A stretch of DNA of 64,000 bases from the NCBI GenBank assembly GCA_030683005.1, contig JAUXMY010000018.1, positions 5,090 through 69,089 of the forward strand, read 5' to 3'. A model generated the notes under the pieces. That model was not told the DNA's origin, made no database searches, and worked only from the letters and a program-made list of their open reading frames with translations. The DNA is from Caulobacter sp. Lineage in GTDB: Bacteria; Pseudomonadota; Alphaproteobacteria; Caulobacterales; Caulobacteraceae. Position 1 is the stretch's first letter. Each line of letters starts with the position of its first letter. A program made the position numbers and the translations under genes. This document shows positions 18,353 to 29,029 of the stretch, one piece after another.

Positions 18353-18441
18353 GTGTCCCGTTTTCGGGGACATGATTTCCTGTCCCCGCGACAGCGTCGG
18401 CCGATTGTGGGGGGACAGCTAATGATGTCCCAAGAGGGACA
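18353..18441. promoter_or_regulatory. array of three TGTCCC(C)/GGG(G)ACA inverted repeats upstream of parD (putative parDE operator/promoter)
   Basis: The three repeats are GTGTCCCG-TTTT-CGGGGACAT (18353-18373), CTGTCCCC-23 nt-GGGGACAG (18380-18418) and TGTCCC-AAGA-GGGACA (18426-18441). All lie between the uvrB stop (18468) and the parD start (18291). Confidence 0.5.
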
Positions 18442-18467
18442 CCAAAAGCAGTCCCCGTGTGACGGCG

Positions 18468-20714
<2,247 letters not shown>

Positions 20715-20791
20715 GAACGCAAAGGTAGGCGCGGGGCGGGGCGAAGGCTAGGGGGGCTGCTGTCAGCGGGTGGCAGGAGCGTGCGGGCGCC

Positions 20792-20971
20792 TCAGCGCAG
20801 GCGCGGCGCGGCCACGCCGCCGAAGGCGCCGGCGGCGTGCGGCGGGGCGGCGGCGATCTGTCCGCCCCGGCTGCCGTCCGGCCACAGTCCGCCGACCGCG
20901 AACGCCAGGGCGGCGATCGTCAGGGCCAGGGCGGCGGCCAGCGGCAGGCGTCGGGTCTGGAGCGGTTTCAC
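20792..20971 (-). CDS. candidate small membrane/secreted protein (59 aa, below the ORF-track cutoff)
   Basis: GTG-KPLQTRRLPLAAALALTIAALAFAVGGLWPDGSRGGQIAAAPPHAAGAFGGVAAPRLR-stop. It has a positively charged N-terminus followed by a hydrophobic helix. No SD was recognised, and there is only composition-level support. Confidence 0.25.
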   Translation of the reverse strand: MKPLQTRRLPLAAALALTIAALAFAVGGLWPDGSRGGQIAAAPPHAAGAFGGVAAPRLR

Positions 20972-21101
20972 GGCGACGCACCATCACGCTAATTCGTGAC
21001 GGAACAAGGTTCGCTCACCGAATCGGGCCGCGACCGAATCGCGCAGGCCCTCCGGGCCGCCCGGCCATTGATCCCTGCGCCGCGACGCCCATTATCAGCC
21101 G

Positions 21102-21539
21102 ATGAGCAACGCCCTGCATGTCGTCTGCCCGCACTGTGACGGGGTCAACCGCCTGCCGCCCGAGCGGCTGGCCGAGGCGCCGAAATGCGGGCGCTGCAAG
21201 GGGCCATTGTTCAGCGGCGAGCCCGTGGCCCTCGACGCCGCGCGGTTCGAGAAACACCTCGGCAAGAGCGACCTGCCGCTGATCGTCGACTTCTGGGCCG
21301 CCTGGTGCGGACCCTGCCGCGCCATCGCCCCGGTCTTCGCCGCCGCCGCCCGCGAGCTGGAGCCCCGCGCCCGCTTCATCAAGATCGACGTCGACGCCAA
21401 TCCGGCCCTGTCGGCCCGTTTCAACATCCAGAGCATCCCGGCCCTGTTCGTCTTCAAGGCCGGCGCCGTGGCCGAGCGCCAGGCCGGCCTGAGCGACCCG
21501 GGCCTGTTCCGCAAGTGGGTGGAGCGGTTCGGGGCCTGA
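21102..21539 (+). CDS. trxC: thioredoxin 2 (N-terminal zinc-finger thioredoxin)
   Basis: 145 aa with CPHCDGVN...CGRCKG, then WAAWCGPC. Confidence 0.9.
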   Translation: MSNALHVVCPHCDGVNRLPPERLAEAPKCGRCKGPLFSGEPVALDAARFEKHLGKSDLPLIVDFWAAWCGPCRAIAPVFAAAARELEPRARFIKIDVDANPALSARFNIQSIPALFVFKAGAVAERQAGLSDPGLFRKWVERFGA

Positions 21540-21611
21540 GAGAGGGCGCTTCCCCTCGGCGCCGTTTTCCCCTGAAGGCCTTGATGGAATGAGCGCTCCG
21601 GGCGTCGGACC

Positions 21612-21668
21612 GGGTCAAGGACGGGCCCGGCTGGCCCGCCGCCGAGCGGCCGCGGAGCGGTCCTTGAG
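21612..21668. repeat. hairpin GGGTCAAGGAC ... GGTCCTTGA downstream of trxC, related to 17144-17222
   Basis: It shares the GTCAAGGAC/GTCCTTGA arms and a GC-rich loop (GGCCGC-containing) with the 17.1-kb hairpin. Confidence 0.5.
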
Positions 21669-21829
21669 CAGGGCCGTCGCCGGAGCAACACTGGCCGTCA
21701 AGACATCAGGTTGGGTGTGCTTGGTGCGCGATTTGGGTTGGGCAGGCCCTGGGTCCTTCGACACGCCGCTTCGCCAACCGAGTCCGAAAACCGCGAGACT
21801 CCGGCCGCCGCCCCGCCGATGATCGCGCC

Positions 21830-23356
21830 ATGGACATCGCCCCCATCGATCTGGACCAGGACGCCTGCTACCGCGCGGTGCAGACCCGCGACCCGCGCTG
21901 GGACGGGCGGATCTTCGGCTGTGTGAGGACCACGGGCATCTACTGCCGGCCGGTCTGCCCGGCGCGGACGCCGAAGCGCGAGAACATGACCTTCCATCCG
22001 TCCGCCGCCGCCTGCGAGGAGGCCGGCTACCGCGCCTGCCTGCGTTGCCGGCCGGAGACGGCGCCGGACATGGGCGCCTGGCGGGGCAGTTCCAGTACCG
22101 TGTCCCGGGCCCTGGCGCTGATCGAGCAGGGGGCGCTGGATGCGGGCGATGTCGACGGCCTCGCCGGCCGGCTGGGCGTCGGCGAGCGGCAGCTGCGGCG
22201 GCTGTTCCGCCAGCATCTGGGCGCCTCGCCGGTCGGGGTGGCCCAGACGCGACGGGTGCTGCTGGCCAAGCAGCTGATCCACGAGACCGACCTGCCGATG
22301 GCCCAGGTGGCGCTGGCCGCGGGCTTTGGCAGCGTGCGGCGCTTCAACGAGACCTTCCAGCGGCTCTACGACCGCCCGCCGCTGGCCCTGCGGCGACGCA
22401 CGGCGGCGGGGCGGGCGGGCGAGCCGGGGGCGGTGACCCTGATGCTGCGCTACCGGCCGCCCTACGACTGGGACGGCATGATCGGCTTTCTGGCCGCGCG
22501 GGCCATCCCGGGCGTCGAGGTGGTGACGGCCGGGCGCTACGCCCGCACCATCGCGCTGGACGGCGCCATGGGCGTGCTGGCGGTCAGCCGCGCCGGCGGC
22601 GACCGGCTGGCGGTGACCGTGCGGTTTCCGAAGCTGACCGCCCTGCCGTCGATTCTGTCGCGGGTGCGGCGGGTGTTCGACCTGACCGCCGATCCGCAGA
22701 CCATCGCGGCCCATCTGTCGCGCGACCCGGACCTGGCGCGGATGGTCGCCGCCCGGCCGGGCCTGCGCGCGCCGGGCGCCTGGGACGGGCTGGAGCTGGG
22801 GGTGCGCGCCATCCTGGGCCAGCAGATCACCGTGCCGGCGGCGGTGAGGCTGGCCGGGAGGCTGACCGCCGAATACGGTGAGGCCCTGCCGCCGGAGTGG
22901 GCGGAGGAGGGGCTGACCCACGCCTTTCCGTCGGCCGAGCGGCTGGCGGCGGCGGACATCGCGTCCCACGGCCTGATGCCCGGCGCCCGGGCCCGGGCGA
23001 TCAGCGGCCTGGCCGCCGCCGTCGCCGCCGATCCTGAGTTGTTCGGCCCCCGCGCCAGCCTCGAGGCGGCGGTGGCCGCCCTGCGCGCGCGGCCCGGCAT
23101 CGGCGAATGGACGGCGCAGTACATCGCCATGCGCCAGCTGCGCGAGCCGGACGCCTTCCCCGCCGCCGATGTCGGGCTGATGCGGGCGCTGGCCGACGCC
23201 GAGGGGGTGCGGCCGACGCCGGCCCGGCTGCTGGCCCGGGCCGAGGCCTGGCGGCCGTGGCGGGCCTACGCCGCCCTGCATCTGTGGGCGTCCGACCCGC
23301 AGGCGCCCGCCCCGGCGAAGGTGAAGGACAAGGCCAATGCCCGCGTCGCCGCCTGA
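21830..23356 (+). CDS. alkA: Ada N-terminal zinc domain + AraC-type HTH + AlkA DNA-3-methyladenine glycosylase II fusion
   Basis: The Cys4 pattern is GIYCRPVCPAR...YRACLRCRP, and the AraC HTH is TDLPMAQVALAAGFGSVRRFNETF. The C-terminal HhH-GPD region contains GIGEWTAQYIAMR. Confidence 0.88.
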   Translation: MDIAPIDLDQDACYRAVQTRDPRWDGRIFGCVRTTGIYCRPVCPARTPKRENMTFHPSAAACEEAGYRACLRCRPETAPDMGAWRGSSSTVSRALALIEQGALDAGDVDGLAGRLGVGERQLRRLFRQHLGASPVGVAQTRRVLLAKQLIHETDLPMAQVALAAGFGSVRRFNETFQRLYDRPPLALRRRTAAGRAGEPGAVTLMLRYRPPYDWDGMIGFLAARAIPGVEVVTAGRYARTIALDGAMGVLAVSRAGGDRLAVTVRFPKLTALPSILSRVRRVFDLTADPQTIAAHLSRDPDLARMVAARPGLRAPGAWDGLELGVRAILGQQITVPAAVRLAGRLTAEYGEALPPEWAEEGLTHAFPSAERLAAADIASHGLMPGARARAISGLAAAVAADPELFGPRASLEAAVAALRARPGIGEWTAQYIAMRQLREPDAFPAADVGLMRALADAEGVRPTPARLLARAEAWRPWRAYAALHLWASDPQAPAPAKVKDKANARVAA

Positions 23357-23867
23357 CCGCCCCCGGCGGCTGGTCCGCAGCCTGCTGGCCTCGCCGATCG
23401 CGCCGCTGCAGCTGTTCACCGACGAGGACGGCGCCGTGCGGGTGCTCGACTTCGACGCCGACAGCCCGCGCACCGCACGGCTGATGAGCCGGTACTATGG
23501 CGGCGTACCGCTCGAGAACGGCCCCGCGCCCGCCGCAGTCCGGGCGGCGATGGACGCCTATTTCGCCGGCGACCTGGCCGCGCTGGCCCGCGTGCCCTGG
23601 GCGGTGGTCGGGACCGACTTCCAGAAGACGGTCTGGCAGGCGCTGCTCGACATCCCGGCCGGGACCACCACCACCTACGGCGCCCTGGCCGCGCGGATCG
23701 GCCGGCCGGCGGCGGTGCGGGCCGTGGGCCTGGCCAATGGCGCCAACCCGGTCGGGGTGATCATCCCCTGCCACCGGGTGATCGGTTCGAACGGGGCGCT
23801 GACCGGCTACGGCGGCGGGCTGGAGCGCAAGCGCTGGCTGCTGGACCATGAGCGGAGGGCGGGGTGA
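23337..23867 (+). CDS. ogt: methylated-DNA--protein-cysteine methyltransferase
   Basis: The active site is IPCHRVIGSNGALTGYGGG. The ORF overlaps the end of the preceding gene by 20 nt. Confidence 0.9.
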   Translation: MPASPPDRPRRLVRSLLASPIAPLQLFTDEDGAVRVLDFDADSPRTARLMSRYYGGVPLENGPAPAAVRAAMDAYFAGDLAALARVPWAVVGTDFQKTVWQALLDIPAGTTTTYGALAARIGRPAAVRAVGLANGANPVGVIIPCHRVIGSNGALTGYGGGLERKRWLLDHERRAG

Positions 23868-23881
23868 GGCGGTCGGGGCCT

Positions 23882-23990
23882 TGCGTGCTTCGACACGCGG
23901 TCTGCGACCGCTGCTCAGCATGACTATGAAGGGTAGCTTTCCAATCCAGTCATCCTGAGCAGCCGCGAAGCGGCGTGTCGAAGGACGCAC
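23882..23990. repeat. ~110-bp palindromic repeat, family B, copy 1
   Basis: The arms are TGCGTGCTTCGACACGC...GCTGCTCAGCATGACT and AGTCATCCTGAGCAGCC...GTGTCGAAGGACGCA, around a 22-nt A/T-richer loop. Confidence 0.9.
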
Positions 23991-24005
23991 GGCATAGGCA
24001 GCGTT

Positions 24006-24038
24006 CATGGGTGGCCCGAACAAGTCGGGCCATGACGG
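24006..24038. repeat. 33-nt hairpin unit, family D (CATGGGT-stem-ACAAG-stem'-ATGACGG)
   Basis: CATGGGTGGCCCGAACAAGTCGGGCCATGACGG. The same flanks and loop, with a different but still complementary stem, occur at 37921-37953. Confidence 0.75.
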
Positions 24039-24208
24039 GATGGGGAACGTAAAATCGAACAGTCCGCGAACACGGCGGTTCGCGTGCGGCGCGACCGTCA
24101 TCGCGAGCCGCCGGATATCCTCGCCAATTCAACGCTTGACGTCCGCGGCCAATCGAACAAAACCGGAACCCTATTGGTTTAAGAATGGTTAACGGAGGCT
24201 CCGCCGCC

Positions 24209-24688
24209 ATGCCGAAGATCGACCTCGAGGCCATGCCGCTGCGCACCGGCAGCGGTTATCCGCCGCCGCTCGACGCGCCGTGCAAACACCGCTCGGCGCG
24301 GATGCTGGCGCAGGGGATGGGGCTGACGCTTGTGGGGATCAACCTGATGACCCTGCCGCCCGGCCAGTGGTCGTCGCAGCGGCACTGGCATGACGACGAG
24401 GACGAGTTCGTCTGGGTCGTCTCCGGCGAGGTGGTGCTGGTCGAGGACGCGGGCGAGACCCTGCTGCGGGCCGGCGACTGCGCGGCCTGGAAGGCCGGGG
24501 TGGCCAACGGCCACTGCCTGCAGAACCGCTCGGGCGCCGACGCCGTCCTGCTGCAGGTCGGCAATCCCACCGACGCGGCCACCGAGACCGTCGACTATCC
24601 CGACCTGGACATGATCATCCGGCCCGGCGGCGCGGGCTATCTGCACCGGGACGGCACGCCCTACGACACCGGTCAGAACCAGCCGTAG
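24209..24688 (+). CDS. cupin-domain protein
   Basis: The start is set at MPKIDLEAMP (GGAGG about 10 nt upstream). The cupin core reads SQRHWHDDEDEFVWVVSGEVVLVED...GDCAAWKAGVANGHCLQN. Confidence 0.8.
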   Translation: MPKIDLEAMPLRTGSGYPPPLDAPCKHRSARMLAQGMGLTLVGINLMTLPPGQWSSQRHWHDDEDEFVWVVSGEVVLVEDAGETLLRAGDCAAWKAGVANGHCLQNRSGADAVLLQVGNPTDAATETVDYPDLDMIIRPGGAGYLHRDGTPYDTGQNQP

Positions 24689-26247
24689 AGCTCGCCGGCC
24701 AGCGGGATCTCCATCGAACGGCCGACGGCGCCCAGGGCTTTCTGGACGTCCGGGCGGGCGATCATCGCGTCGCGACGGCGCAGCAACTCCGCCTCCCGGG
24801 ACGGGACCGAGGGCGGTCGCCGGACGGCGCGGGCGGCGCCCAGCGCGTCGGGGCGCCGGCTGGGCTCCTTGAGCCGCGCGATGAACTGGGCGGCGGCCTC
24901 TTCCCGGCGATCCATACAGAGCAGCGCCTTCTGCAACGCCTCCGGCCCGTGCGGCTCGCGGATCATCATGGCCGGCAGCAGGCGCCAGGCGGCCGGCGGA
25001 TCGGTCGGGGCCAGGGCGCAGATCTGCTCGGCGTCCCGCCACATCTTGCCCGTGGCGCTCAGATCATCGGCCGGGATGGTTTTCAGCAGCGCCAGGGCGT
25101 CGGCGTGGCGACCCAGGCGGTTGAGGCGGTCGGCCCAGTCCAGGATCGGGTCCACCGGCGTGACGTCGAGGCGCTTCGCCTCGGTCCGCGCCTCGGCGAA
25201 CACCGCCTCGGCCTCGGCGACCTTGCCGGTATCGAGCAGCGCCATGGCCAGCTCGGTCAGCACGGCGACGGCCATCAGGTCGTGATCGGCGAAGGGCGCG
25301 GCCTTGTCGCCCAGCCGCTTGCGCATCGCCTGGCCGGTGCTGATCGCCTCGTCGTAGCGTTCGAGCCGGCGCAGGTCTTCCTGCACCGCATACCCCATGC
25401 GCATCAGGTCCGGCGCGTCGTTCGCCGCGACCAGGTGGCGGGTCAGCTCCGCCTCGGCCACCTTGCGCCAGTCCATCCGACCGTCGGCGGCCAGGCGCGG
25501 CCACAGGCGCTGGTAGCGGGTGTCCTGGGCCAGGAAGGCCAGGGTCTCGACCTCGTCGGCGCGGGCCACGACCGCCTCGGCAGCCGGGCGGTCGCCCGCG
25601 TCCAGCAGCAGCTCGGAATAGAGCAGCGCCCAGATGTTGCGGGCGGCGGCGGCGCTCAGCCTGTCCTCCCAATCGACGGCCACCATGCGTTTGAGGAGGG
25701 CGCGGGAAGTCTGCTCGTTGTCCAGCACCCCGACAACGATCGGGTGGAGGAACGGCGCCCACCAGGACTTCACCCGGCCGACGTCATTGTCGATCACCAC
25801 CATCAGACGGCGTGCAGCCTCCGGGTAGCGGCCCTTGAGCACGGCATCGTCCAGCAGGGCGGCGTTGACGCCGGCCAGGGCGTCGGGGTCGCCGGCCAGG
25901 GGCTCGAGCCGTCGCGCCAGGGCCAGCACGTCCTCGGACTGGTCGCCGGTGTCGGCACAGGCCAGCACCCCGGACAGCGCCACCCGGCGGGTGGCCAGGG
26001 GCAGGCGGTCGAACTCCGGCCGCGCGACCATGGCGGCCAGCGTCCCGATCCGGGACCCGCAGACCCTGACGTTGCCCGAATGGCCGGGAGACAGCAGGGC
26101 CCGCAGCTCGGCGTCGAAGCGCAGCAGGTCGGCCGGCCCGCCCGGCGACAGCGCCCGGCCCCGCTCGGGTGCGGCCGGCGCCGCACCGGCCACGGCCAGA
26201 CCCAGCGCGATCGCGCCGGCGATCACGCCCGTCATTCGGCTACGCAT
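24673..26247 (-). CDS. secreted alpha-helical repeat (TPR-like) protein of unknown function, paralog 1
   Basis: 524 aa with signal peptide MRSRMTGVIAGAIALGLAVAGAAPA and Ala/Leu/Arg/Asp-rich helical composition. It shares blocks with the adjacent gene (TRRxAL, ARRLEP, AARNxWAL, DEAIxTGxAxRxRL) and ends in PLAGELYGWF. Confidence 0.7.
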   Translation of the reverse strand: MRSRMTGVIAGAIALGLAVAGAAPAAPERGRALSPGGPADLLRFDAELRALLSPGHSGNVRVCGSRIGTLAAMVARPEFDRLPLATRRVALSGVLACADTGDQSEDVLALARRLEPLAGDPDALAGVNAALLDDAVLKGRYPEAARRLMVVIDNDVGRVKSWWAPFLHPIVVGVLDNEQTSRALLKRMVAVDWEDRLSAAAARNIWALLYSELLLDAGDRPAAEAVVARADEVETLAFLAQDTRYQRLWPRLAADGRMDWRKVAEAELTRHLVAANDAPDLMRMGYAVQEDLRRLERYDEAISTGQAMRKRLGDKAAPFADHDLMAVAVLTELAMALLDTGKVAEAEAVFAEARTEAKRLDVTPVDPILDWADRLNRLGRHADALALLKTIPADDLSATGKMWRDAEQICALAPTDPPAAWRLLPAMMIREPHGPEALQKALLCMDRREEAAAQFIARLKEPSRRPDALGAARAVRRPPSVPSREAELLRRRDAMIARPDVQKALGAVGRSMEIPLAGELYGWF

Positions 26248-26267
26248 AGGCCCTCTCGCCCGTCAGA

Positions 26268-27818
26268 TCAGAATCCACCCCAGTAGTCGCCCGCCAGCGG
26301 CGCCTCGACCTTGCGGCCGGCGACGTCGAGCGCCGCAAGCACGTCCGGGTTGTTCAGCACCGTTTGCCGGCGGCGTTCAAACTCGGCCTGCCAGGCCGGA
26401 ACCTTCTCCGGTCCGCGGGTGATCCAGTAGGGGTCGAGCGCGCCGGCCCGGTGACGCGGATCGCGCAGCCGCTCGATCATCAGCGCCGCCGCCTCGTCCA
26501 GCCGGTTGGTGCAGATCAGCGCCTGGCTCAGCGCCGCCGGGTTCTCCTTGCGCTCCTTCTCCAGGCCGATGATCGTCGCCGCCGCTGCCCCGGGATCGAG
26601 GTCGGCCTGGGCGCAGGCCCGCTGGGACTCGACCCACAGCCGACCGTAGGGCGTGACCTGCTTTTCGCCGATGGGCTCCAGCGTCGCCAGGGCCTCGCGC
26701 GGGCGGGCAAGGTCCAGCAGTCGACCGGCCCAGGCCAGGCGCGCATCGACCGCGACCTCGCCGGAGTCCACAGGCTCGCCCAGGATGATCGCCTCCCCGA
26801 ACACCGCCTCGGCCTCGCCGTAGCGGCCGGCCTCGAACAGGGCCTGACCGAGGCCGATCATCAGACGGCCAGCCCGGCGGTCGCCGTCCTCGAAGACCTC
26901 GCCGTCCTGGAGGCGCGCCCGGAAGGCCTCTCCCGTCTGGATGGCCTCGTCCAGCCGGCCGAGCGCCCGAAGGGCCGCGATCATCTCCTCCGCCGGCCGC
27001 AGGCTGGCCGGATTGTCGGCCATGTCGGCGGTCGCCTGGTCGAGCCGGGCTGTGGCCAGGGCGGTCCAGTCGAAGCGCCGCTCCCGCGCGAACCGGTCCC
27101 AGACCCGGGAGAAGCGCCGGTCGCCGGCGACCATCAGCATCACGTAGAGTTCGTCGGCCTTGTCGACCGCTGCCCCGGCCTCCTTCAGCTTGCCGCTGTC
27201 GGCCAGCTGCCAGCCCCAGGAGAGGGCCCAGGTGTTGCGCGCGGCGCGCCGGCTGGCGTCATTGGTCCAGTCCAGCGTTGACAGCCGCTCGGCGACCTTC
27301 AGGGACAGGTCCGGGTCGTCCTCAAGATAGTCGGCGAAGGGGCTGACCATCTCCGGATCCCAGTCGGCGACCAGCCGAGGCTGCTTGTCCGCCAGGGACA
27401 GGAACAGGCGGGCGGCCTCGCTCTCGGCGCCGCGTTGCAGGGCCTCGGAGATCTGCACCGAATGGACCGTGCTGACTTCCATCGGCGCGACGGCGATCGG
27501 CTCCAGCCGCCTGGCGGCGTGAACCGCGAACGGAAGATCGCGCGACTCGGCGCAGACCATCATCGCGAACAGGGCCGTCCGCCGGGTGTCGACGGCCATG
27601 CGGTCGAAGCGGGGATCGGCGTACAGGGTCCGCAGTCTGGCGAATTCGACGCCACAGGACTTGCCGCTCGACTGGAACACGGCGGCGGCGGTGGCCACGG
27701 CCTCGTCCTGCAGCCGCAGCAGATCAATGCGGCGGCTGAACGACTGGGCTCCGGCCTGCGAGGCGGTCGCCGCGACCGTCAGCCCGGCCAGCACGCCGGC
27801 GACCCTGCTCAAACGCAT
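26268..27818 (-). CDS. secreted alpha-helical repeat (TPR-like) protein of unknown function, paralog 2
   Basis: 516 aa with signal peptide MRLSRVAGVLAGLTVAATASQAGA, ending in PLAGDYWGGF. It lies 20 nt upstream of paralog 1. Confidence 0.7.
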   Translation of the reverse strand: MRLSRVAGVLAGLTVAATASQAGAQSFSRRIDLLRLQDEAVATAAAVFQSSGKSCGVEFARLRTLYADPRFDRMAVDTRRTALFAMMVCAESRDLPFAVHAARRLEPIAVAPMEVSTVHSVQISEALQRGAESEAARLFLSLADKQPRLVADWDPEMVSPFADYLEDDPDLSLKVAERLSTLDWTNDASRRAARNTWALSWGWQLADSGKLKEAGAAVDKADELYVMLMVAGDRRFSRVWDRFARERRFDWTALATARLDQATADMADNPASLRPAEEMIAALRALGRLDEAIQTGEAFRARLQDGEVFEDGDRRAGRLMIGLGQALFEAGRYGEAEAVFGEAIILGEPVDSGEVAVDARLAWAGRLLDLARPREALATLEPIGEKQVTPYGRLWVESQRACAQADLDPGAAAATIIGLEKERKENPAALSQALICTNRLDEAAALMIERLRDPRHRAGALDPYWITRGPEKVPAWQAEFERRRQTVLNNPDVLAALDVAGRKVEAPLAGDYWGGF

Positions 27819-27895
27819 GTCAGTTCCTTGTATGCGACCGACACACTGAGGCGCGGGGCCGGGGCGGCGTCAAGCCGGGACGCACGGGACTTGGG

Positions 27896-28357
27896 CTAGC
27901 GGTAGCGAATGCCCTGATAGACGTCGGCGACGTCCAGGCAGACGCTGCGGGCGACGTTCCAGTGCGAGCGGGGCTCGAAGCCGCCGCCGTCCCGGATCTT
28001 CTGGAAGCCCTCGGCGCGACCGGAGTCGAGCGGCTGGCTGACCGCCTCAATGGCGGCGGCGCGACTGAGCCCGCGGTCGCGCATCAGCCGGTCGACCGCG
28101 TCTCGAAAGAAGGCGACGCCCTGGCTCCTGGCCGCCTCGGCGCCTTCGGCGTCTCCGCGGTCGGTCATGACGTTGCTGGTGGCGCCGAACAGGCCGGCGC
28201 ATTGCGCCTGGATCATCCAGACCGGTTTCCCGATCGCCGGTTCGCTCAGCACCGTCCCGCCCGGATAGAGCAGGTCGGCGGCGACCGCCGGGGCGGCCGT
28301 GGCCAGGGTCAGGCCGGCCAGCAGGGGGGCGGCGAACAGGGGAAAGGCGGGTCGCAT
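27896..28357 (-). CDS. hypothetical secreted protein
   Basis: The start is set at MRPAFPLFAAPLLAGLTLATAAPAVA (signal peptide). 153 aa with two Cys residues. No family was recognised. Confidence 0.55.
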   Translation of the reverse strand: MRPAFPLFAAPLLAGLTLATAAPAVAADLLYPGGTVLSEPAIGKPVWMIQAQCAGLFGATSNVMTDRGDAEGAEAARSQGVAFFRDAVDRLMRDRGLSRAAAIEAVSQPLDSGRAEGFQKIRDGGGFEPRSHWNVARSVCLDVADVYQGIRYR

Positions 28358-28458
28358 AGCGCGTCCTAGGATCAGCAACAGGCGGACGCCATGGTGACTC
28401 CGCCGGGGGCGGGTTGCAATGGCCGCGCGCGCCAGCGACGGGAAGCGGACCTCCGCGC

Positions 28459-28656
28459 CTATTTCGGCTTGTCGGCCTCGTTGACCACGGCGCCGACGCC
28501 GGCCCCGACAACGGCGCCCGCGGGGCCGGCGACGACCGCTCCGGCGACGGCGCCGGTGGCGGCGCGCTGCTCCATGTTGTGGCCGCAGGCCGCGAGACCC
28601 AGCGACAGCGCGGCGGCGACAAGGACGGCGGGCTGCAGGCGGCGTACAGTGGACAT
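28459..28656 (-). CDS. small glycine-zipper lipoprotein
   Basis: MSTVRRLQPAVLVAAALSLGLAAC (lipobox), followed by AATGAVAGAVVAGPAGAVVGAGVGAVV. GGAG lies 6 nt upstream of this ATG. The start could instead be at 28668. Confidence 0.6.
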   Translation of the reverse strand: MSTVRRLQPAVLVAAALSLGLAACGHNMEQRAATGAVAGAVVAGPAGAVVGAGVGAVVNEADKPK

Positions 28657-29029
28657 GACGGTCTCCATATCTGGCGTCCCGGAAGGACGCAGGAAAGCAA
28701 CGGCGCGGCGGGCCGGGCGGTTCCCGGGCCGCGCGGGCGTTAAATTGCTGCGGTGAAGCATCGGCGGAGCGACGTCGGCGCAAGTCCCTGACTCAGAAGG
28801 ATTCATCGCGAACCGGCCCGCGCGCCCGGCCGGCATTCCTTGCTGCAGTGCAGCATGAACTTGCGAATCGGCCACATTTGCGCCATATAGCCCGGTACAA
28901 GGCGGACTTCGGCTTTTCGTGAACAGGCCGAAATCCCGTCCGGACGACCCTCTTCGAATGCGTTTCAGGGGTCATTTCGGGCGTTGAGTCGGGGCGCGGG
29001 ACGCGCTCGCCGCACAGGACACGGATCCG

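Noticed and set aside
24179-24192. CtrA-box-like strings: TTAAGAATGGTTAA upstream of the cupin gene, and TTAAACGAATGATAA at 61070-61084 upstream of the small-ORF/MCP operon.
   Set aside because: The first has 6-nt rather than 7-nt spacing between the TTAA half-sites. The second has only one perfect half-site. In isolation these A/T strings are not enough to call a CtrA site.
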